The position numbers and the translations under genes were made by a program. From Lepidodermella squamata (taxonomy: Eukaryota; Animalia; Gastrotricha), in the NCBI GenBank assembly GCA_047495785.1, contig JBLDXI010000009.1:2976001-3040000 (forward strand): a stretch of 64,000 nucleotides of DNA, read 5' to 3'. Position 1 is the first letter of the stretch. The number at the start of each line of letters is the position of its first letter. Below the pieces are notes generated by a model that did not search any database, was not told the origin of the DNA, and saw nothing but the letters and a program-made list of their open reading frames with translations. Shown here one piece after another: positions 34,612-46,811 of the stretch.

Positions 34612-36915
34612 CTATGGACTTGTTTGGTATCGTTTCTTGTATCCAACGACGAAAATTATACTGGTGGTTGTCACAGCGTACAACTGTCCCCCGAAAATTA
34701 ACACGATCAGGTTGCTCAAACCTCCAGGTGGTACCATGAAAAATACTGCAGCTAGACATGGTAATAACGTCGCCGTGTTAATTGCATTCAAGCGCGTGCT
34801 TAAGAACTCGTTACATATCGCTGTCTGATGACGCAACTCGTAGGCGAGAAACCCGGATGTGGCGAGAAGAATCACGTGGCATGCGAGTAGGCCGATCCAA
34901 ACTTGATAGTAATCGCTAGCACACGAAGAGGTTCGAACAACATAATACTGTTCTTTTTCCAGATCAAATGCGATGGGTGATACATCTGTTAATAAGCGCA
35001 CATTTCCCGCACCGAAAAGTGTAACGGCGCTAATGATCAGGTTTACGACAGTGAAAATCACTGCAAATAATGTTGATAGCTTCGAAGTTCGTTTCAAGTC
35101 ATGCGCCGTTACGATCCGGGTTGTAGATGTGTGACGAATAGAAGATAAAAATTGCTGCGAGCGGCTGTGATTGATCGTCACGTTTTGAGTTCGAGAGGTC
35201 CTCAAATAGCGCACAATTAGGACCATTCGTGATGATACAGCTCCATTAATTAAACTCAAACCCAAGGCGGAGATGAGAATTCTTGAGCTGCAGACAGCCA
35301 TTGGGAATGTCTCTGCGTCTACTGCGAATAGGAACGAACCTACGAGTAGGCAACCACTGCCAAGGATCGAAAGTTGGTTTGACAGAAAAATTGAGACTTG
35401 ATGAGAACGGTAGTAAACTTCAAGAAAAATAATGATAACGAAAGAGGCGACAAAGGTTGATAACGCCAGCCAGAAAACTACGTCAGATAAACCACCTTTC
35501 CTTTTGCTGACGTTAGAGAGATCGGCAGGCGGTTTGCCGTCGTTTGTGGTCCAAACAGGATCTGCTAACTTTTCGAATCTGTATGAAGACGGGTCGAAAG
35601 TTGTGCTGCCATCATTCCCAACATGCCAGACTTTGTAGATATAGCGCCAAGTTCCGTTGATCCATTGCGCAATCCATTGATTTTCATTGTCGACCTCGAG
35701 CCGATCAGTATACTGAATTCGCCCGATTCTTAGGCCAGAAACGTTCAACGAGGCCGCACTTGCGTTTACAATTTGCAACACCAACTCAGGATTGTTAAGG
35801 TGGTCTTTCAGAGTCATGTTATAACTCGTTTTTAGGGTTCTCTCGGCCGAATCTAGTGTTACAAGGGCTTGAGTCATCGAATCGTGGCATCGGTGCCGCC
35901 GGTCATAATCAGCACTATGAGATCTATTGGTCAGGCCATCGAGAAGTTTCTCAAATTCTTGCAGACCATAGCCAAGGCTAGTTAGCCCGTTGTCAGTGAC
36001 AGCAAAATCAAAGACTCCGATCCAGAAAGTTATGCTCATTTGCTCGAGGATCATAGCTCGGGTGCAAAATGCTGGCAAAGTGTAGTCGCTACTGTACGGA
36101 TCAACAAAGACTACTGTTTGCATGACGAAAGCGTGATGGGGCCCGCGAATTCCGCCTTGATGGCTGAGACACATGAAAAGGACAAAGCGGCTAACGTCGC
36201 TGAACTGGACGAACAAAACTCGAGTATCGCTGGCTTTCAAAGAATCTATCACATCGCTGTCCATATCCATGATACTTCCGAACCAAACCACTTCGACACC
36301 AGCTTGACTAATCGATGTGTGTAGGTTTCTGGCGACTGTAAATTCGTTCTGGTTGCCGGCAAATGTTAGGATTGCAACCTGCTTCCAGAAGCCAATTTTT
36401 TGTATGAAAAGTAAGATAGGGATAACACGAGGCTCGTTGGGTATTCGACTCCGGTATAAATTTGGGTATTTCCCTCTATTCGCCGTGAACTGCGGACCCC
36501 CACATCCTGTTGCGAACTGAATCATGTTGTGACGTTGTACGATTCTTGCGATATTTTGACAGTTCACGTAAGGACCGACTACAACAGGAGATGGGGACCC
36601 AGGCCTAGATTGTCGATTGACAAACTCCATGAATCGGCGTGGGGTCATTCTTGAATTCGGCTCCTCGTTTTGGTAGTCGACTTCGATGTGATAATCACGC
36701 AAGAAATTCGGATTTGCGTTAGCACTGTTAACAGCAACTTGCATTGCTGCTTGACAAATACGGCCATCTCTAGGCTCGGCGCCTGTAAACTGGATCAGGG
36801 CGAGTTGGCGTAGAATGAATGGCTTCATATTCTGCGTAACAGCTGAGTCAATAACCATCACCGTAAAAACAGCGAAGACGGGCAAAGCAATGCAGAACTT
36901 CATTTCGGAAAACAC
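34612..36915 (-). CDS. Class C GPCR, GABA-B-receptor-like 2 (single exon)
   Basis: Signal peptide; VFT domain (ANANPNFLRDYHI, NRGKYPNLYR, FWKQVAIL); W...GKPPAD linker; 7 TM; clear paralog of the neighbouring gene. Confidence 0.85.
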   Translation of the reverse strand: MFSEMKFCIALPVFAVFTVMVIDSAVTQNMKPFILRQLALIQFTGAEPRDGRICQAAMQVAVNSANANPNFLRDYHIEVDYQNEEPNSRMTPRRFMEFVNRQSRPGSPSPVVVGPYVNCQNIARIVQRHNMIQFATGCGGPQFTANRGKYPNLYRSRIPNEPRVIPILLFIQKIGFWKQVAILTFAGNQNEFTVARNLHTSISQAGVEVVWFGSIMDMDSDVIDSLKASDTRVLFVQFSDVSRFVLFMCLSHQGGIRGPHHAFVMQTVVFVDPYSSDYTLPAFCTRAMILEQMSITFWIGVFDFAVTDNGLTSLGYGLQEFEKLLDGLTNRSHSADYDRRHRCHDSMTQALVTLDSAERTLKTSYNMTLKDHLNNPELVLQIVNASAASLNVSGLRIGRIQYTDRLEVDNENQWIAQWINGTWRYIYKVWHVGNDGSTTFDPSSYRFEKLADPVWTTNDGKPPADLSNVSKRKGGLSDVVFWLALSTFVASFVIIIFLEVYYRSHQVSIFLSNQLSILGSGCLLVGSFLFAVDAETFPMAVCSSRILISALGLSLINGAVSSRMVLIVRYLRTSRTQNVTINHSRSQQFLSSIRHTSTTRIVTAHDLKRTSKLSTLFAVIFTVVNLIISAVTLFGAGNVRLLTDVSPIAFDLEKEQYYVVRTSSCASDYYQVWIGLLACHVILLATSGFLAYELRHQTAICNEFLSTRLNAINTATLLPCLAAVFFMVPPGGLSNLIVLIFGGQLYAVTTTSIIFVVGYKKRYQTSP

Positions 36916-37588
36916 TCATTCAAATCCCGTTCAATCTCAGAGTATAGTTCAATCTCAGATTCCCCACCCCCAAACGAGTTTGATTCTTATAATTAGTTGA
37001 TTGGATATCCCAGTCACTCTTAAAGCTAATTACTGAGGGTTAATGGAGGTTTGATGAGAATAATGAAACACGCGTCGATTTATATTCTAAGTTTCTATGA
37101 GTACCATTCAACTCATGGTATGTTGAGCCATCACAGCACTATCACTTCCCAGGCTTTCGCGCAATTCAATGCTTTTTATGTTATTGTTGGATGTTGGCAT
37201 CGATATCGATTATTGCTGGACATCTGTCGACTTATTAACCTAAAAGTAATACTGTTTACTCTGGATATCTCCCACCTTATTTCCCACTTAATTCAACGAA
37301 TTTCCTTACTTTTTCTTGAATATTTCTATTTTGTTCACTCAGTTAATCGGATCTGCAAAGCAACAAAGCAAGAGTTGCGATTTCTATCTCAACTTTTAAG
37401 GACTTTTAAGGAGATAAATAAGGCGATGATGATTCCGAAAAATCTCTGAGGTGTTTTATTTCCAATGTTTTCTGTCATTTCGTGACGATCATGAGTGGTA
37501 AAATTCGGCCGAGACTAGTTCTGCTAAAATCGATTTTCGTCATGATTGTAGTTCGCATAACTTCCAGCAGCCCGTGAAAAAGCGATTG

Positions 37589-38554
37589 TTAAAACCTAAC
37601 TCCAGCGACGCTGATGAAAAAAATGCAGCAGAACAGCGTGGTGATGAGTGAAGGTGTCGAAATAACAGCAGCTGTTGATGAGTCGCCGGCTACGGTTTCA
37701 AATTCGTTGCCCACCGTAGCTTCGTCGTCGATTTCCACGTAATCGGGTTTTCGTCTCCGGCTGGGCGCTGGCACCCCGTCGGGGTTCGATCCTTGCAGGT
37801 GGCAGCGATGGTCGACGCTACTGCAGTACTCCCCATCTACACATGCACAGGCCGGCATGCCGTTGTCGCAATACTCGTCACTGCCATCGCCACTGAAAAA
37901 TAGAGGATTGAAAATTTACCAAAAATTTGAAAAAAATTAGTAAAAAATTTAAATTCTAAATTCTAAATTAAAAAAAAAATATTTTTTGTAAAATTGGATA
38001 GAAAATGAAAAAGGCCTCCTTAAAAATTCTAGATAATAAATTTCAATAATTTTTTAATTACCTATTTATCAATTTTAGAAAATTTCTTTTGACAATATTT
38101 ACCAGTTTTTTGTTCCATCGCAGGCGAGGTACATTTCGACACACTCAGTTTCTCGCTCAGAGTCGCTTGTTTTGCACTGAAAAGCTTCGAGTTCGACACA
38201 TATTCGTTTAGCAGCATCTTGTGACTCAGCGGTCAAACTAGAGCAAGAAAAACCTTTGTTAGATAATAATTAATAATTTAATCCAAAAATTTACGGGATA
38301 AAGCCGAACCCATACGCATTTGAAGATGCGTTGTTGCGCTTCGTCGGCGGCAAATAGTAGTTGTTTTGAGACCTCTCCAACAGCTCAGCATAACTCAAAT
38401 TTTCCCCGGGGTACTTCTCCCGACTGGGCGCTGAAAATGCGGTTTTCAAGGAAGAAAAGCACAGCAGCAGCGCTATTGCTGCTATCGACTTTGAAAGTTT
38501 GAATGGGATTGCCCTGGTAGATTTGCTGTGGTAATTTGCAATTTCATTGCCCAT
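37589..38554 (-). CDS. Small surface protein with one LDL-receptor class A module and hydrophobic C-terminus (3 exons)
   Basis: Spliced exons give FQCKTSDSERETECVEMYLACDGTKNC|GDGSDEYC (LDLa consensus); N-terminal hydrophobic signal; C-terminal SLITTLFCCIFFISVAGVRF. Confidence 0.7.
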
Positions 38555-40299
38555 ATAAAAGGCTAAAACCGGGATATAAAAATCTAAAAAAAAACAGGTC
38601 TATTAAAATAATGATGACGAGAGACTCTCATCTTACAAAATATCCGATAAATTTTGCGTGAGATACATCAATTAGGAGAAATATGAAGAAGGAACACATC
38701 AGCATTAGAGTGGCTCACATATCCTGATTAGTTTTCTTCAATAATACAGCTTGATCAGGCTTCGCTTTATACATCAGCTGATTGTTTTGCCTGTGTGATT
38801 GTGCTGAAGGTGTGGTCAAACCGTTGTTGAAAACACAGACTTTGAGCACGAGCCTTTTTTATTACTCGCTTGAAAGGTCATGCTGGCGTGGCAATAAAAT
38901 GTGCACCAAAACAGCCACCATTAATAGCCAAAAATACGCACGATAAAAACGCAATGCGGAAGTGATGATTCATTGCTCACTTTTTTCGGCAAGCCATTAA
39001 AGTAATTCTGGGGTTTAAAAGCTGAGTTTAAAATCCAGTTAAAAAACTAGGCAAGGCTATGGTGGTTTTTTTTCAATGGAATACCTGGTGCGGGCATAAG
39101 AAAATAATAGGTAACAAAAGAAAAGCCCGTGCAAGGATAAACATTTATATTAATATTACCGCAAAGAAAAAAGTACTGGTCCAGATAGTATTGTTCCAAT
39201 TTGGGCCATGGTGCAAACCCAGAGGCGTTGAAAAATGATCATGAGTAGTCGGCGGTTATAGCTGGTTATAATAATAGCGGCGTAATGTAATACACCGACG
39301 TAAAGCGTTATATGATATCATAGCGCGTTGAGGCATAAAAAATATTGAGCGACAAAATATAATGCGATCAGGCAGAAAATGATCAAGCCGATATAATGCG
39401 GGCTCACTGGACAGTTTTTTGGCAGCGAGCTCGAATGTATTCATGAGAGCTCAGCTCGTAGGCGATCGCTGTTTCCTCATTCAGGCGGCACGCACGTAAT
39501 CGACGCGAAAAAACACGCTGCTGTGGTCATATAAAACGCAGCTGTGTAATAATATAATATGACATAGGTGTCGACACACGCCGACTAGCGCCGCCAACTC
39601 AACACACGCGCACACCCTCTGTAATGCGACATTATGAAAATTGAACTGGCTAATAATGACTGGAAAGAATTTTCTGGCAGCTGTCCATTAATTTCACGCC
39701 GACGGCTTCCAGCGAAATAAAACGTTTCACACCTTTAGCTGAAGACATTTATTTGATCGTTGGGGAAAAAATGCGAACATCTAAAAAATAATTGGCTGCA
39801 TTTTTTTGAGATTAGGAAGATTTAATATGTAAGAACGCAGCTATAGACCGAATCTTAGCTCAGCTTTTTTGACGCGTAATGAGCAAATAATAGGGGCATT
39901 CATCCATCTAGGTCCCAGATGACCTTTCTGTTATAACTTTTCAATCAATTGAGGCGATTGCGAAATCGATTTTTATAAAGCCATTCTAAATGAAAGGCGC
40001 ATGCGGATAAAAAATGGCCGCATTGTTCTGATTTCTGATGTCTCCACGGTTGACTACGTCAGTGACAGAATAAAAAATGTGACTTTCTGCGATAAATTTG
40101 CTCTGGCGGATATTAACTTCCCAGCAAGAGTAAAAATTTGAATTTCAATATTAAAAAAATATTTTTTCAATTTTCAGTTATACTATTTATATTTTTAATA
40201 TTAAAACACAATTTTGAAATTTTAAAATTTAAAGTTATTTCCGGGTGGGATGCTAAGTGAATAATTTATGACTGACTAGGTAAGCAGTAAGACTGCTGC

Positions 40300-42650
40300 T
40301 GTCGGAGAATGACGAAAATTCAGAATGGATTCTCGCTGAACCTCGCCAATGATTCACTTGCGAATTTTGCCACTAATATCGCCAAATGCCTTCAAATCTC
40401 AAACACTCAAATCGAATCCTGAACTTCGTTTCTACGTGATATCGGCGATCTCTTCAATTACGTCAATTTGATTTGGTCCCAAAACAATGTATTCCTACGA
40501 TAATAATACTCAGCGAATCGTCATATAACGAAACTGACTGGAACTTCAATCGAGCCCGAGAATGGCCGAAGAAGCCGAAGAAGATTTGGTAGAATCGACA
40601 ACCAAGCTTTGAAAGTGATGAGATCATACTTATCTAACCGGTACCAAATCGTCAAAGTCAACAATAGTCTCTCGTCGCCGCTCAAAATCAACTTTGGAGT
40701 GCCTCAGGGAAGTGTTTTAGGCCCGCTGTTGTTTACAATGTATATAAACGAAATCTCATCTACAGTTCTTCATTCATCTATCGCGCAATACGCCGATGAC
40801 ACCACTATCTATTACAGCCACGAATGCCCGGACATCGCCCAGACGCGCCTTCAAGCTGACTTGGACTCGATGTGTTCTTGGCTCGGACGAAACTGCTTGC
40901 AAGTGAACGGCAAGAAGTCTCAGCTACTGGTCCTCTCAACCAAGAGAAAGAAACCGAACATCGAAGTGACAGTCGAAGGTGTGAAACTTGCAGATTCGAA
41001 GACCATGAAAATTCTCGGGTTAACGTTGGACAATGCGTTACTCCTGAAAACGCACATCAGCGAAGTTCGCGCTAAGGCGAACCGAGGTACCTACGCTCTT
41101 AAAATGGCTTCAAAACATTTGAACAGGAAATCTTTGGTCACGATGGCTAACGCAGTAGTATTGAGTCACTTGAACTACTGTGACACAGTTTTGGACCAGG
41201 CGTCTGACAGCAATCTAAAAGCTATTCAATCCGTCCAAAACAGAGTCATGCGCATCATCCTACGAAAAGACCGAACGGCTGACCCTAGCGAAATGCAAAA
41301 TCAACTGGGTTGGCTTGACATGGCGGGCAAGCGAAAAGTGCACATCATCACAATGGTTTGGAAATGCTTGAACCAAGAAGCGCCTACAACTTTGCGCGAT
41401 ATGTTCAAATCGAAAGAACAACCACGCAACCTACGCAGCTATTTCGACCAAGCTTTGGAAGTGCCATTTTTCACTTGCAAACGTGCTCAATCAACTCTCG
41501 CTTTCAAAGGTGCTGTAGCTTGGAATGCTTTGCCTCGCCACGTACAAGAATCGAAATCAGCGCATGAGTGTCGACAAAATGTATATCTTTACCTTCTCGG
41601 CGATGCGCCATTCCAGTTTTCAAACGCGTCCCAAAAATTGTAAATTTTAATAGAAACTATTTTTATATGAGCTTACCTTACATCTCATTCTCTCTAATTT
41701 TAACGTTAATGTGGAGCCAATTGTTGTTGTTGTTTTGTATTATCACTACCAAAATGAACAAATGGAATTTGAAACGGACTGAATATGACTCTGATTTTTC
41801 TGCCGGCTATGAGTGGATTGCCCGATTAACATTGTTGTGAGCGTTCGGCTACGGACTTAAGCTCTTAAATAAATAAATAAATATCTTTCCTACGCAACCA
41901 ATTTAGACTACATCATTTTTCTGAAAAACCTTCAGGTAAAGCCCATTGACAACCTAAATGATTATACGGTGTTACGGTGATGTCAGGTATCTGTCAGAAG
42001 CGGGATACTAAGGGGAACTTGGCTATTGTTAGAGCAATACACGATCATGCAGTTCACGGCGGAATCATTGTGCTTTCCACCACGATATCTCACGAGTTGG
42101 GTCATGCTTTCAGTAAGTTTCGGCTGTACAAACCAGTTGATTAATACTTATTGATTGAAAAAGACAGTTACCACGACACACGTGCCAAAGTACTGACCGG
42201 AGTAGTGCAGTGAACGCAAAAGCTCATGGTCAGATTGCAGTCGTAAAGCTACTAGCGAGCACCTTAGAAACCTTCGCCTCATCGCCCCATATTGCTTGAG
42301 GACGCCGCCGGAGATAAACCCGAAGTTACGGCTTGACAGAAAATATTTGCGGAAACGGTATTGTAGAGGAGGGCTAAGAATGCGACTGCGGAATCAAATT
42401 AAATATGTACTGGACCACCTTCAAGAACATATTTTCCTGAATTGGTTTGCAAAACAAGTCAAAGGTCTGTAGGCATCAATCTCGTGGTTTGAGTCTCTTG
42501 ACACGAGATCAAATTGGTTTGAGTACAAGTAAACGATTGGAATGAACTATACTCACTATCCGTGGATTATTTCAGCTCCTGCCATGTTCACAAAACCGTT
42601 ACCGAGGACTACAACTAGAACAATTGCTTTGGCCTCGGAACGGATGAGAA
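40300..42650 (+). pseudogene. Degraded ADAM pseudogene split by a LINE insertion
   Basis: 40320-40600 resembles 43440-43735 (gaatgga..aacctcgccaatg.., tttggtcccaaaa); 41890-42390 resumes with CACGAGTTGGGTCATGCTTTC (HELGHAF) and TGCGGAAACGGTATTGTAGAGGAGGGCTAAGAATGCGACTGCGGA (CGNGIVEEG*ECDCG) containing a stop. Confidence 0.8.
40600..41883 (+). mobile_element. 5'-truncated non-LTR retrotransposon (CR1/L2-like) with RT C-terminal ORF 40609..41643
   Basis: FGVPQGSVLGPLLF, YADDT, ILGLTLD and LNYC motifs; ~240-nt 3' UTR ending in (TAAA)n. Confidence 0.9.
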
Positions 42651-42909
42651 AGATCTGGTAAACGACACAAATGATGCTGTATCCTATCCATCATGGTCCT
42701 GTAAAGCTTCAGCCACAACAATATCAGTGATTACAATATTAACGACGCCAGGACTTTGCGATGCTGTTCACGTTAACTCAATAAAAACTTCCACCTTAAC
42801 GATCCTTGAGAAATTCGTATCATTCTACCTATGACTTGAGCTACAAGTAATTCAGCTGCGTGGATCAGCTGAAAAATTATCCTAATTTGTCTTCTGATCT
42901 GAGATCTTA

Positions 42910-45610
42910 ATGCTTCTCCTTGCAGCCTTTTTACTTGCGCATTTGAAGCTGTCAGACCAAGAGCTTAGTGGCTTTGGCACATGGCACGAGAAATCACTTG
43001 GTCCCGGCCGTGTTACTGTGACGAAGCCATTAAATAGTAAGAGCCGGATTCTCGCACCTGAGGAGGAGAATCCTAACACACTGGTTGTCAACTTTGTTAT
43101 TCCTAAAACTAACCACGGTGGCCGATGTGAGTTGGCAATAAACCGGCGATTTATTCCATCAAATTTCACCATCGATTTTGAAGGCACAATCGGGACTTAC
43201 AAAACGTGCCAATACAACGGAATAGCTTCCTTTGAAAATTCTCCCCACCTAACCAAATGCACGTTCAGCTTTTGCCCAGGCTTCAAATCTGGGCTAGTTT
43301 GGTTAGCAGGCGACAAAGCTCTCATTTCCATGGTGGGTGGTGATGCGGAGTCGTGGAATTTTTCGATGCATGGCGAATATCAACATCTTTCAGACATTGA
43401 AAATGCTTCCACGGATGATGACACATTGAATTATTTGAATTCTGAATGGATACGTGAGTTGAAAAGGGCTATTCAACCTCGCCAATGGTATCACTTACGA
43501 GTCCTTGCGCTCGTATCAGCAAGCGCCTTCACATCGATTTTTGAGTCAAATGTACATCTGACTTTTTCAGCGATATCGAATATTTTCAATTTTGTCAACT
43601 TGGTTTGGTCCCAAAATAATGTTTTGATTTACTTACCTCTGATTAAAATACTCAATGAATCCTCATATAACGACACAGCTTGGGACATAGACAGCGACAT
43701 GGTTTACGTGAAGAATAATATCTGGTCAGATTCCAACTACTCGAAACAGTTTGATTACGTAATTTTATTTAAACATTTGCAAGCTGAATTAAATAATGCA
43801 TCTATTTCAATCGGCCTTACGGCGCTTAACAGTGCCTGTAAATGGCGAGATTTATTAGCTAGCTTGGCTATTGTTAGAGTGTTAGGGCCTGACCTCTCAC
43901 TACTGGACAGAATGATTAAGCTTTCAATCACCGTAGCTCACGAATTGGGACATGCCTTTGGTGAGTGTTAGTTGTAATCGAATGCAGCTCTTTTAAATAT
44001 TCATGTTCGCTGAAATTGTAGGTGCGAAACACGATACTGAGAATTGCACATGTCCAAGCTATGATCGCAAATGCTTGATGCTCCGTACATTAGAAGAAGT
44101 CAGTGCACGGAAAGTTTATTGGGCATGGTCGGATTGCTCCCGTGGCTTCATAAGTGAATACTTGAGAAGTCTTAGCTTGTTTGCTCCTTATTGTCTAAAG
44201 AAACCGCCGGAAATGAGCCCGAAATATGGGATTAAGGAAGGAATCTGCGGTAATGGTATTGTGGAGGAGGGCGAAGAATGTGACTGTGGAATCGAGACAG
44301 GGCCTCCTGGAAGATATAATTTTCCGGGACTTTTTTGTAAAGACAAAAAATGCTGCAATTTTAGAACGTGCAAACAGCACAAGCGCGCCGCCTGTGCCCA
44401 AGGTGAATGCTGCAATCCGTCGACGTGCTCTTTCTACAACAAATCAAATGTTTGCCGTGTTGCGACTTCGCCATGCGACCTGGCTGAATATTGCTCTGGC
44501 GATTCAGCGACCTGCCCGCCAGATCGAGTCTTTATGACAGGAACGCCCTGCTCAATCACCTATGAGTCGAAGATCTTCAACGGAACATGTCATGCCGGTG
44601 AATGCTTAAGCCGGGAAGAGAGCTGTTCACGCTTGATGGGTGGGGTGTTTTACGAGGATCGAGCAGTTGAATGCCAGCGGGATAATATGCAAGGAATACC
44701 AGGGGCAAACTGTGGGCATGAAAGTTTGGTTGGCAAGGAGGATAGTGATAGATTCTATTATGGTTGTGCTAATGCGGAAGATGCTCAATGTGGATCGCAG
44801 AAATGTTGGAACATAACTGAGTCGGTATTGTGGGAGCACCAACTCATATACTATACATATCAGGGCAAGTGTATTTCTTTCGACAGGGATACGGTTAGTT
44901 TCTACGTATGAGATTCGCTTTCCCCAATTAAGTCCTCAATTCTAATTGTTCTCACAATATAGTTCCCAGATTCTGGTTTAACACCGGATGGCATGCCATG
45001 CTCAAATGGAACGAAATATTGCATGAATAATAAATGCAGCGAGGCCATGCCTACTTGTGACGATCCACCCTGTGACAATTTTGGTGTTCACGTTTATGAC
45101 TGGGAATGGTATGATACTAACTATTCATACCCATGGATCATTCCAGATCCTCCCATGTTACCACGGACAACAACTGTTAGACCGACAACAACGACAACGA
45201 GTCGCGTGAAATTAAGGACAACGATGAGAACCCCACAAACTACCCAAAAGGCCGTCTATTCCTCAACGGTGAACAGCAGTACAATGAAAACTTTGACTAG
45301 CTTCGGCAGTTCCAGAGGTTCCACCAAAACGTCATCAAGCACAGCTAGGGCAATGACTAAATCTACGCCAGTACCTTCAAAGAAAACTTCTACTTCGAAG
45401 GGAGCAACGGCGTGGATTGGTACAAGGACAATGAAACCTGAAGTCGTCACCCCATTTTACTATCAAAAGCGTACCTACAAGCCAGCAAACAGCTCGCCGA
45501 AAAATTCAGCTCTAAACCTGTATGCGGCTGACAAAGCCATCCAATTTCTTTTTACTAACTTTGCCACGGTTGCGTTTCTGGTATTCGGCTGCTGTGATTA
45601 CTGTGGTTAA
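42910..45610 (+). CDS. ADAM-type metalloprotease-disintegrin A (introns 43961-44021 and 44894-44962)
   Basis: Spliced zinc motif HELGHAF|GAKHD; Met-turn CLM; disintegrin CGNGIVEEGEECDCG...CDLAEYCSG; Cys-rich domain; Thr-rich stalk; hydrophobic C-terminus. Confidence 0.9.
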
Positions 45611-46092
45611 TAAATTCCAAATTTCAAATAAATAAAATGAGAGGACAAGAGTGGGCAACCTTAAATACAACTTAACCCTTTCATGGCGGAATCATCTATC
45701 TGCATGAGAAAAAATATTTGACAGCAGTTCTAGAGATTTTCGGTGGCTCTGATCACGATTTCGTTGACATGACGCTGAAATCCGTTTATCTTTAATCACC
45801 GTTAAGGCTGTACGAAAACTGGCCGAAATCGTCCTATCTGCAAATAAGCAAGAGGATCCATCCTGTAGTCCTAATCCAGGTCGTGTAACTACAAACATCG
45901 CCCGTCGTCCTTTACTTTAAATACCTCCATAGCCAACGTGATTTCGGCTATTGCTTTAAATTCGAAATTCAATGTAATGACTATCCTTGTACTAGAGTTA
46001 AAGCGGGCAAAATAATCGGTGAAAAGTTAGAAATTGAATTTGTATGGCGCTAGTTCGACTACCACAAGTCAACAGCGGAAATGAAATATCAT

Positions 46093-46154
46093 GACTAAAA
46101 CGCCCTCAATCACCGAAGCTCGCGACTAAAACGCCCTCAATCACCGAAGCTCGC
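46093..46154. repeat. 31-bp perfect tandem duplication
   Basis: GACTAAAACGCCCTCAATCACCGAAGCTCGC twice. Confidence 0.9.
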
Positions 46155-46811
46155 TAGTGGCATAGTGGTTTAGCTCTGACCATGCTAAAGCAGCGTCCTG
46201 CTTCTGTGCTCAGTGGCGGTTTCTTTTTTTCGATCGACGCGAAGTTGCAAACACAAAAAATTGCTATTTGAATAATTAATTATGACAAATAATTTGTGGC
46301 CGCGTTTCGTTCATTTTTTTTTTTTTATTTATAGCATCGTTCATGATTCGAATGGCTTCGCGACCGTTTTTTGCAAATAGGTGAAATTTGCGCATAAAAA
46401 ATGAACGATGATACGAGTTTGTGAATCGCACTTAACATTTGCGGGTAGAAGTTAAGGGCGAGCCACAAACTCGTGGTTGCTTGATTTAGCAAAAAACGCC
46501 GCGCAGTCATATTTGACGATTTGCCGATTTGTATATCGTTCACGTCGCGCATACGTCGCGGAAGAGCCCGCACTTTAGGCAAAAAAACTCCTGTACTCCC
46601 AACTACAGTAATTTTAGGCTGTAATCCTAGTTACAGTCGCTAATGCTGTACGAACAGTACAGTCCACTCTAGCTGTACTGCGAGTACAGTTCGTTTAGCT
46701 GTACCAGCAATTACAGCTATTATTGGCTGTAGCGTGAGATACAGTTCAAATAACTGTACTAGTACAGCCCGAGGAACCGTACCATCAGTACAGTTCAAAT
46801 GATCGTATAAT

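Noticed and set aside
45672-45700. TTAACCCTTT as a piggyBac left end
   Set aside because: No matching AAAGGGTTAA right end found downstream in the window.
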